NCBI GenBank assembly: GCA_964016885.1 | Contig: OZ024750.1 | Location: forward strand, 12,648,001 to 12,712,000 | Length of the DNA: 64,000 bases | Reading direction: 5' to 3' | Source: Eledone cirrhosa | Lineage: Eukaryota | Part shown: positions 34,201 through 46,200 of the stretch, in pieces | How positions within the stretch are numbered: position 1 is the first letter of the stretch | How the letters are laid out: each line of letters opens with the position of its first letter | Translations under genes and position numbers: made by a program | Notes under the pieces: model-generated | What the model saw: the letters and a program-made list of their open reading frames with translations, nothing else | Told to the model about the DNA's origin: nothing | Databases searched by the model: none

Positions 34201-37200
34201 AAAATCTTATACATTCAATATTATGTGAGATAATTATGTAAGGAGAAACCTTTATAATATATATAGAGTAATGTAAATGGTAAAAGGTTAAAGTTGTCAT
34301 CGGTGGCTATGGAATCGACCCTTATATCTCTGGGATATACAGGGTTCAATTCTTCATAGCAGCTAATGGCAACTTCTTTTTCTATCTTTAAGGGTTTTTG
34401 CCCTATTTTTAATTAATAAAAAAAAACTTAGAAATATATAACAATGGGAACAGGCAATCTTGTCTCATTCAACAGTCCCTTTAATACTCACAACAGTACC
34501 TTATGTTAGGGTGCTTCCACACATATTTCCATCTGGAAACAACTAAAAAATAAATGTCTATTTTTCTAATTGATAAAATCACTGAAATACAAAACCTAAA
34601 TTAAGAGTTATTGAACGTATAGTATCTTTAAGACAAAAATCAACATTTTGATTTTATTTTGTGTTACAGAAGCAAAGTAACATAGAAAAAACATCTAAAA
34701 CAATTAATTACCTGCTTCAACTTCTTTCCTTCCTCGGTACCATTTCACCTTCTCTCCTGTATGTTTTACACTGAATGAAGCAGCTTCTCCACTTTTCACA
34801 GATAGTTCACATGGTATTAGTTCAAGAATTTGAGGTGAATCATGGCCTCTAACATGATCTGTAATTATAATAAATATTAAAAATCTATGTACTTTCTACA
34901 TTACGTGTGTTTATTATAACACATGGCTTCCATCCTTTGAATAAAAATTCAACAATTCCTTAAATAGAATATAAAGTATTGTTTAAAAATTGTATATAAT
35001 TCCATTAAGTATGTGAAAGTTCACAATATCACAAAAACAAAAGAATAAATGAAATCCTACTACATTAGAATTTCTTGAAAATATTTTCTATGTAAGAAAT
35101 ATTTAAAAAAATTCACCCCCCCCCCCCCATTTCAGGTAGACACGCTCCATCATCCACTTTTCTAAAAAAATAAATCATACACAAAACGTCAGCACCAACA
35201 GTTTTGCAAGAGATGTCAACATAAATGGACCTGTTTTTTTTTTCTAATTCCAACACACCCGTCCCCTCAATCTATCTTATTTCTCATTCTTTCTTCTGAC
35301 GAAAGACATGCGTCCGAAGTGTTACGACCCTCTTCCTGCTATATCAAGCGTTAACCTAATATATCCCTTCCATATACTGTACCAATTGTGTTGTTATTTC
35401 CGTTTAGCTTTTATATATATATTTATATATATATATATTCATTTCATTTCATTTTACGTCTGCTTTTCCCTGCTTGCAAGGGTGGGATGGGAACTGATTC
35501 TGGCTTGATTTCTACAGCTGGATGCCCTTCCTAACACCAACCTCATTTACAGTGAGTGCTGGGTGCTTTTTTGCCGTGGCACCTACACGACCACTTTACA
35601 GTGGAATGATAGGGAGCCCAGTCCCTATCATCTCATTTCTACAGCTGAGTAAACTGGAGCAATGTGAAATAAAGTGTCTTGCTCAAGGAAACAACACATC
35701 ACCCGGTCTGAGAATTGAACTCACAACCTTTCGATTGCAAGGCCAATGCTCTAACCACTAAGCCATGTGCCTCCATATATATATATATATATAACAAAAA
35801 AAGTGTGGTAAGGAACCAGGTGGACCATAAGGCACAGAGTACTTGATACTTAGGGTATTAGAGTGGGTAATAGGAAAAGAGTCAGGACCCCGACGGCTAG
35901 AGCTCCGGCCATTTCTACAGCTGATACTACTGGTTTTCGTTCAGATCTAGCTGTCGAAATGGCCGGAGCTCAGTCGTCGGGGTCCTGACTCTTTTCCTAT
36001 ATATATGTACCCACGTGTGTGTGCGTGTGTAAAATTTTTCAGCAATATACTTTACATCTTGATAAAAAAGATTGTAAGAATCTACTTTAGAGAAGCTTAT
36101 AATATAGAAATATGTTATAAGGAAATACAGACTAATGAACAGGTAAATAATATAGAAATAACATATATATAAATACAGACTAATCAACAGGTAAATAATA
36201 TAGAGATATCTTAAATAAAAATACAAACTAACAAACAGGTAAATCCCAGTAAATTAATCTAAAAAAATACAAAACTTCACAAGCATCCTATCCTGTGATC
36301 TTCTATAAATAAATAATGGTTTCTGATTTAGGCACAAAGCCAATAATTTTGGGGGAAGAGAAAAGTCGATTAAATTGACCCCAGTTCATTATTGGTAAAT
36401 TGAATAATATCAGACAAAATCTTTGAAATGGAAATGACGAACAATGGATTTATTCAAATGATAGAGAGCATATAAAGGGAGATAATTGAAATACAACCTA
36501 AAATGTTAGTAGATAGAGATATGAAAATTAAAAATAGAATTGTAATCAAATAAATGTTATACAAACCTTTCGTGTGATATACTGAATAGTAATACATATA
36601 GTTCTGTGGGTGTTTGTTTTAGAGTTTTGAATAAAATGTACACACACAGAGCCAACCTATGTATATATATTTTTTTTTGCAAGGTTTTTGATATGAAATC
36701 GTGTATTAAAATATAGAGAAGAGAAAACCAACCCAAACCAAACAGTGTGTTTATTATTTCTGGCAATATTATTACAATATGACCCTCCCCAAATATAATA
36801 TATATATATATATATATACAGACATGATTGTGTGATTAAAAGTTTTGCTTTTGTCAACCACATGTGTCCAGATTTAATCCCACTGTAGGGCACATTAGAC
36901 AGGTCTTTTGTGGGTTTTTTTTTCGGTCTTTTTGTTACATATTTCTCAGCTTATATATTCATATAAATGATACACCTAAAAAAATTGATGAGAAAGCTAA
37001 GATATTCGTTATATAAGCTACATCGGTGTGTGAATTAAAGCTATGTTGTGTATGATAGTTTTTCTCTTATCTTGAGCAATACAGGACTCTACAAGTGTTA
37101 TCGGTGTCTAGTTAATGAAATGGCCTACTCATTAAATTAATGTGTAAGTGGTTGAATATTCCAAATACACCTTAATGTAATATTCAGGGAGATTCAGCAT

Positions 37201-40200
37201 AAAACAGTGTATGATAAAGCTGTCCTTAAACAAGATAGATAGTTCAGTAAAAACAGGAAATGTTTAACTTAAAACAAAGAATATCATAAAACTAATAAGA
37301 TGGTGAAAAAACAAACATTGGTTTAATGATATTAAATATTAGAACATCAGAAATGTTAACAGAAGTAGAGGTATTTTGGTAAAGATAGACAGGATATATA
37401 TGATTTATAGATAAATTAATATTATTAAACATTAATTCTAAATGTTTCTTTCATGTAGCTATAAAAATACAAAATGATTATTTCAAATCGATTTGTTTCT
37501 ATAAAATAATAAATTTGTATGTTTTATGATTAGTTGATAGATGATTTGTGCTAAACAAACACTGAATTAAGAAACAGAATCAATGTAAGAGTGTGGGGGG
37601 GGGGGGGGGGGGGGGCACACACGACCAAATTAGGTACATTTTATATATTTAGTTTAAGATTAATTCTTAGTACAAAATCTCTATGACAATGATTAGTTTT
37701 ATTTTTTTCTAAATAGTTACAGATGAAACTAAATTGTAACTGCTCAATCACTTCACAGACTGACTGACATATTCTCAGAATCTAGAATATAGATAATATA
37801 ATTATAGCTTTTCAGTCCTGTTCTACCTTGATATTTGAAAAAGAGAAAGTTATGGATGGAAACTGGAGCAAACAATGATGCCTAAAATACATCAGAACCT
37901 GTTGGGACTTACTCCAATAATATGAGGTGGGACAGACAGGGAGGGAGAATGTTTTCAGCGAGTCTGAACCCTAGGTAGAAGCTATCTTATGGTCCCAGTG
38001 GACAAATTAAAATAAGACAATGGACTATGTTTTTTATTAATATTGCACAAGTTTATATTGCAATAAAATAAAATCTGCTATCATATTTCATGATTTTATT
38101 AAGTTAAAATTGATTTAATATAGTTTAATATTTATTCGGTGATTTAATTTCCAAGACAAAAAAATATTTATTGAATTTTTAATAAAGTTAAAGTTATTTA
38201 AAATAATTCTTTCCCTGTTTCACATTGTGGTTTAAAGAAAATAAGAGAAAGAGTATTTATAACAATGAAGAATGGCATAAAAGCATTAGTAGTAGATAAA
38301 GCAATACCATAATTATTAGTAACATTAATATAGTTAGCTTTACATCTAGGCCAGAGAGATTTCTTGATTAAGTTGAATACCACCACCAGAAATAGCACTA
38401 GTAGCACAGTTCCTGCAATGTCCTACCTTTAAGGGTCAATCGGCAAAAGGTATCTGTATCACCATACTGATTATATGCTTCACAAACATACTCTCCAGCA
38501 TCTCCAGGCAGTAATTCATCTATTAAGAGTTTATGTATAAAGCTAGTACCATCACTATGCATATAGCTGACCTGCTTGTAGATTATTCCATCTGCTATAA
38601 TATCTTCATTGTTGTGCACCCAGAAAATATCAATGGGGTGTGTACCTGGAAGAAGTAGTATATTGTGGGGTGGATGCAGTTAAACCTATTTATATCAACA
38701 TATCCCCCTGTGTACCAAAACGTCGTAGTTGAAAGAGAATAGTTTACACCAGGGTTTCCCAACCTTTTCCAGCCAGCACCCCCTTTGAACACAACAGCAC
38801 CCACAAGTAAACACTGGTTTACACTGTAGAGCAGAAAGGATCATAAACATTTCTTCAACAATTTCTATACATCTCACATTATAAAAGTAAAAACACATGT
38901 TGGTGACAAGACAAAAAGCACCCAGTACATACTGTAAAGTGGTCATGTAGGGGGTCACAACAAAAAGTACCCAGTCTATACTGTAAAGTGGTCAAAACAA
39001 AAAGTACCGGTCCACACTGTAAAGTGGTCATTTAAAGTGATCATGTAGGTGTCACAAGAAAAAGCACCCAGTACACACTGTAATGTGGCTGGCATTAGGA
39101 AGGGCATCCAACCATAGAAACCAAGCCAAAATAGGTTCTGTATGAGCCAGACATGGTCACCTGACCTGGCTTGTCTCACAACAGGACATCTGGTCTAACC
39201 CAAGCTAGTGTGGAAAAATGGATGTTAAACGGTGATGATGATATCAGTTTCCAACAACATAGGAACAAATCATAGAGTGTCACAGAATATGTAAGTTATG
39301 ATATATTTCTTAGAGAATTATCTAGATTGAGCCTACCAGAATAATATTTAAGGAATAAAAGAGATGAAGAAAGAAAGAAAGACTGAAAAGAAAACTTACA
39401 AAATCACAGCAACTTTATTGCTGTTGGCAATCTCAATGTTGATGCCCTTAAACTACATAAAACCATATAAGGTTATATTAATCAGGAAAAAGTAAGTATT
39501 AACATCCAAAACATACCAATTTGTGTTGAGACTGTTATAGCCAAATGAAATTTATGAAGTGTCAGTAAAAATAAATGTCAAAGTTATCATTCCAGGAAAT
39601 ACAGAGTGACACAGCAAGGGCTCTTAGCACTCAGGTGCAAAAATACTTTTGGTATCCCCAACAGGCATGGTAGGCCAGACGAAATTTTGTGCCCCGTCAT
39701 ACATGCACCTGGGTGCACTGTTCTGCTTGCAACACCTCTCAGATAGAACCAGTTTAAAATACGATGTCAGTGTCTTATGAAGCAATGTTTTTTCTTTCAT
39801 CAATTACTCAAGAGGAAAGACAGCACCCATGCCACCTTTCTATCAGTGGTGTTAAACTGGGTGATAGTTTCAGTAAATTACATAACAGGGGACAGTTCTT
39901 GACAGTCATTATGACACACAGCCCCTTAAGCTCACTATTACCCTTGGTAATGCTTTGAGCATGTTGGCTTGCCTCAAAAATATCCGATGGCCCTTGAGGT
40001 GTGTGACTGATTGACGTACTTAGTGTTGAATTGATGTTTTGTTGTTTCCTCACTTTGATTATATATTTTTGTGCATTATATTTATAAGGTTCATATCAAT
40101 AATTAATTGATTAAATGTATGAACTTCTATATTTTATATTTCCTATCTGTTGACAATGACAGACTTTTGTACTGTATAAATATATTTCATTGTATTTAAT

Positions 40201-43200
40201 TTTCAAATAAAACATACAATATTTAAAAGAGAAAAAAAAAAGGTTTTGATTAACACTAGGGTATGGATGAAGGCATCTACCTCACTTCAGTGTCACACAG
40301 CTATTGCTACATATGATTAACAGAAATTCCAGGTAATTATAATCTTCAAGCAACTAGTGTAGCTTCGATTAGTATTAAAACAATTGCTCAGATTCAGAGT
40401 TAATTTGATAGTAATCACTCGAATATTTAAATTCTATCTCAACATCAGCAATTGTTATTTTGAATATTTTAATTAGTCAAAAATTGATAAAATATTTTAG
40501 CAATGAAATAGTAATGAACAAGTTTGCTAACTTTCGACTTGGATTATTTTCTTGTTTTAAATATATTTTATTTTATTTTCCTCTTACAGAATTATCAAAC
40601 AGGCAATCAAAAATTAATTATAATATCATAAATTTATTCATTTTAAACTCACTAAATACATTAAAAACTACAATCTACGAAACTTTGGAAACTGAACTAG
40701 TCAAAAATAAACAGACAGGAATGTTAGACATATTTCAAGTACTTACTCATAAAAACAACTTAAAACAGAATGAACATTATTTCAAATAATGGTTTCTGAT
40801 TTAGACACAAGACAATTTTAGGGGGAGAGGAAAGTCGATTAAATCAACCCCAGTGCATTACTTGTACTTTATGTTATCGACGACCCCGTAAGGATGAAAG
40901 GCAAAGCTAACCTCAACAGGATTTGAACTCAGAAAGTAAAGCGCCATAACTCTATGCCACGAAGCAGGATGTCCAACACTATACCAATTCTGCCAATCCA
41001 CTGCCCTAAATATCTATAGATGCAAATGACAGAATATAAACATCCTGATACATGAAGCTAAACTAAATGTTGAATTTATTTATAAAGAACTTCAATCAAA
41101 TTAAAACTTCACAAAACTTCCTCTCAAATAAAATCATGAAATTAAATACTTCATTGTTTGACCTACAATGATGATGATCATCATCATTGGCATCATTATT
41201 TAATGTTTATGTTTCCAAGCTTGCATGAGTTAGATGGGTTATCGCATTATGAGGCAAGACAACATACAGATCTATATTTTGGCTTGGTTTCTACAGCTAG
41301 ATGCCCTTCCTAACGGACGTTAAATGGTTATATATATATATGTGTGTGCGTGTGTGCGTATGTATATGTGTGTGTGTGCGTGTGTGCGTATGTATGTGTG
41401 TGTGTATGCATGCATATATATAACTTATATATATATAAAGTCTGTCTTAAGCCAGAAGGCTCATTTGGCCGGTGCTTATCCCGGTTTCATGGCGTGAAGT
41501 GACAAGACTTCCCTCTGGACAAGACACCAGTCCATCACAGGGTTAAAACCCCAGCTATTGCTGGTACTCATTTTCAGCTGAGTATACTGGAGCAACATGA
41601 AATGAAGTGTTTTGCTCAAGAACACAACACGCAACATAGGAATCAAACCCACGACATTATGATCGCAAGTCCAACACCCTTACCACTAGGCCACGTGCCC
41701 CCACATTTATATATATATAAATGTATGTATAAATGTGTCTATGTATGTATCATCATCATCATCGTTTAACGTCCACTTTCTATATACATGAAAACGATGA
41801 TGATGATGATGAAAAACGATGATACAATTTATAAGCAAAAAGAAAAATGGACAGGAAATTAAAGATAATTTCAGTCAGTCAGAAGAAACTACATATGAGA
41901 GATGTAAGAGTAATTACAGAAGATATGACTCAGATTGTGAATCCTGAGAAAACATGTAGTTACTTCTACATGTCAGGCTAATTTGTTTAACAGAAGCAAA
42001 GAGAAAAGGAAAAAAAAAATGGCTGTCTCCTGAAGGTCAAATAAGTGGTTTTTAAGAAAATATTTCAAATGTTTCAATTATTGAGGTTTCAGAGTTTACT
42101 TACAATGGCTTCATCATTGACTAAAGCATTTTATTTGGCATAAACTTTTACATAACATAGTAATTACTTTACGAGAGTTTCAAATGAAAATGTGGCAAGA
42201 AGTATTTGGAAAGAAGAGAGGGGACTAAAGAAGGTTGGATGTTAAATGATTATCTTAGAAATCATCAGACAAAAAAAAGAATAGTAGGTGCATGCAGGGT
42301 TAGATTTAGATAATGGAGTGCCCGGGGCACTTCAGGTTTGGGAGGGACCCTCATACACAAAAAATTATGGTATGGCCTTCTTCTTCTATATATCTGTTAC
42401 CAGTGCCATAATGAAGTTCCACCTCCAGCTCACCCTGTCTAGCATTGCCATCTGAATTTGCCCAGCTTCTAACCCAGTGTCATCTTCAATAACAACCTTC
42501 AGCATCGTGGTAGGTCTTCTAACTCATCTGCATGTATCAGATTTCCAGAAAAGGACTCAGAATGTAAAGAGCTACTCCCACTCCAAAAAAATACTGTTAA
42601 GTCATTTTATCTGAAGTGCTACCAACTTTTCCAACCCACCACCATTTCCACCTAATACAATAGAACAAATTACAATAATATTCTTACAGTTCTATATATG
42701 AACCTGTTTTAGTAATTTATATATTTAAGGAACGATCGACTTCCGTCAAATCAGACCGAGGTCTTTCCAATTGCTAATACTATCTATCGGTCACAACTCC
42801 AGGTAGAAGGAGCAAAGTGAAATAAAGTGTCTTGCTCAAGGACATAATGCATCGCCCAGTCCAGGAATCGAACTCACAACCTCACGATTGCGAATCCAAT
42901 TCTCTAACCACTCAGTCACATGCCTTCACTCGGTTTTACACTGTATTTAATGGTTTAAAAGAACATGAGATTTCAATATGTAAAATGAAAATCTGAAGGT
43001 TGAATTATCAAGACAACATCAATAATTTGGAGAAAAAGAGAGATTATACATGCATATTAATATCATAGGACACTGTTCTAGAATAAATATGAAATTTTAC
43101 AAACCTTTCACTTGAACAACCATTTCTAGAGGAAAGCATTCATCGCATTGGATATCTTCAAGTTCTCTTATGAATATTGGTGGTTCTTTCTTTGGTTTGG

Positions 43201-46200
43201 TTGCTATAAAAGTAAAAAGATTAATCCAATATATATATATATATATAACAACCAAGCATAGACGAGTTGAGAGAGAATCTGTGTATAAGAGGGATAAGTT
43301 GTGGCGTGTGGGAGAGAAGACTGAGATGGTATGGAGGATGACCGCTAGGTAAAGACGTGCCAAGAAATCCCAATAGAAGGAAGACGCAGTAGAGGTAGAC
43401 CACGAAAAACATGGGCGGAGGTGGTGAGAGCAGACCTCAGATCGCTGAAGCTCACGGAGGAGATGACGAAGGACCATGACAAGTGGAGAGATGCTGTGCT
43501 GAATAGGACCCGTCCCACCCTTGCAAGTAGGGAAAAGCGGACGTATGATGATGATATATTTATTCAAATGTTTGTTGAGGCAAATATATTTCAGTAAAAA
43601 AAAAAAAATAATAATAATTATAATAATGAAGGATTGAAAAATTAAAAGTTTGAAAATGTTGCGTAGATCTCTTAAATGGAAATGTATCAATCTTAAGAAA
43701 AGAATGAAATATCAAGCTAGTTCACCTCATTCATAATTACACCAAAATGTTCCCTTTAGTCAACACTCTCCTATTGTCATGATCAGTTATATTTGCCTTG
43801 AAAAGAGGATTCTTTAGTCTTGCAAGGGACAAGGTAATGTCCATAGTGTTGGTGCCACTATAAAATGCACACAGTACACTGTATAAGGTTGTTGGCATTC
43901 AAACAGAGATAACATACAGTAGTACACTCTTTCATCTTGGACATGACATCTTCTTTAGTAAAGTGGTTAATATTAAGAAGGATATCTAGCTATAGAAACC
44001 ATGTCAAAGTTGGAACACATTGAATGAAATGTGGTCATTTGATCTGTCTAGAAAGATAGTATTTCTGATTAAGAACTGACTCATTCTGTAATGATCCATA
44101 CAACCAATGCCAGCATGGAAAATAGACATATGATGATGATGTAGTGTAATACTTTAAATTGGAGGACTTCAAAAATAAAAATCTCACATTAAATAATATC
44201 ATTGAAAATCTAGATTTTCTCAGTAAGTTAAACTGCTTATGTATACACAAATTAATTACCAAACTCGAATAGTAAAATAAAAATAAAATAACATCAAAGT
44301 GTATTAAAAAAAGACCTCAGACTCTATCAAGTGCAGTTTAAGATAAAATAAAACAATTCATAGAAAAAAATAAATAAAATAAAAAACCTAATACTAGTTT
44401 AATCATGAGAGTTAGAATTTCAAATAGTATATAGTTTGGCTCTAAATCCACATTATAGAACTATATGGCAGAAATAAAAGCTCTTTATTTTTGTTTTATG
44501 TCACTACAGATGAAAGAATGACTGTAAATTAATTCAACATTTCATTAAAAAAACTTACAAAAGAAAAGGATAGAAAGAAAGTGTCACTAACAGAGAATTA
44601 AACTTAGCATTAAATAAACATTTTCAACCATATATACTTACATTGCACAGTAAGATTACAAGATGTTTGAACTTCTTCTCGCTTTGATGATGTAGCAATG
44701 CATTCATAACAACCAATAGAATTTAGTGTAACATTCTTTAATATGAGAATTGCATTAAAACCATCAAATGAAGATTTGATATCTTGACTCGGAGGCAGTT
44801 TATTCCCATTTTTGAACCAATTGACAGAACTTACATCTAGGGAAGAAATAAAAACGAAAAGTTTTCATCATATGAGAAAATGAAAATAAAAACAAGAAAA
44901 AAAATAATGAAAATTTACATTTTGAAGTTTCAAAGGTTTTAAGCAGTTTAGTTTATTAACTAATTCTTCATTTAAACTCAAAATATTATGAGGTAGAAAG
45001 CAGAAAAAGAAAAATTCAATTTAATTTATTATCATGACTGAGAACACAAAGGAGTTTACGTCACAAATGAAATAGCATCTAAAAATTAGTTTACTTTCTT
45101 CCTGAATACCAATAATAGGAAAACAAAACAAAACAACAGTGTGAAACATGCACAGAATGCAACAATGCACTGTAAATTAACAAATGCATTTTTTTTTTTT
45201 CTCAGAAAATAATAATTGAGTCTAATTTCTAGCAAATGGAAACTTTTCTAAAGCTTAATCAACTCTCCTAACTGTAAATTCTCCTGTCAGCAAGTTAAAA
45301 TGAAAGAAAACTAAAATGTAATGAGAAGACAGATTAGAATGTAGCTATTTCTAGCAGGTTTTTATATTATATCATGCTTGTTCCTTAGGCTGGCAAGAGA
45401 TTAGAAAGAGTTAAAATAAAATAAGCACTAGTCTACCCTGTAAGATGGTGTGCCACAACAAAGAGTACCCAGTCTATTCTGTAAGATGGTAGTGCTGGTG
45501 CCACAACAAAGAGTACCCAGTCTATCCTGTAAGATGGTTGTGCTGGTGCCACAACAAAAAGTACCCACTCCACCCTGTAACCCTGTAAGATGGTAGTGCT
45601 GGTGCCACAACAAAGAGTACCCAGTCTATCCTGTAAGATGGTAGTGCTGGTGCCACAACAAAAAGTACCTAGTCTATCCTGTAAGATTGTAGTGCTGGTG
45701 CCACAACAAAAAGTACCCACTCCACCCTGTAAGATGGTAGTGCTGGTGCCACAACAAAGAGTACCCAGTCTATCCTGTAAGATTGTAGTGCTGGTGCCAC
45801 AACAAAAAAGTACACAGTCCACCCTGTAAGGTGGTAGTGATGGCGCCACAACAAAAAGTACCCAGTCTATCCTGTAAGATTGTAGTGCTGGTGCCACAAC
45901 AAAAAGTACCCAGTTTATCCTGCAAGATGGTAGTGCTGGTGCCACAACAAAAAGTACCCAGTTTATCCTGTAAGATGGTAGTGCTGGTGCCACAAAAAGT
46001 ACTGAGTCCAACCTGTAAGATGGTAGTGCTGGTGCCACAACAAAAAGTTCGCTGTCCACCCTGTAAGATGGTAGTGCTGGTGCCACAACAAAAAGTACCT
46101 AGTTTATCCTGTAAGATGGTAGTGCTGGTGCCACAACAAAAAGTACCCAGTTTATCCTGTAAGATGGTAGTGCTGGTGCCACAACAAAAAGTACCCAGTT

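Noticed and set aside
35296-35325. CTGACGAaagacatgcgtccGAAgtgtta
   Set aside because: Probably a decayed PLE-type core: GAAA is broken and there is no helix I, so it is not called as a ribozyme.
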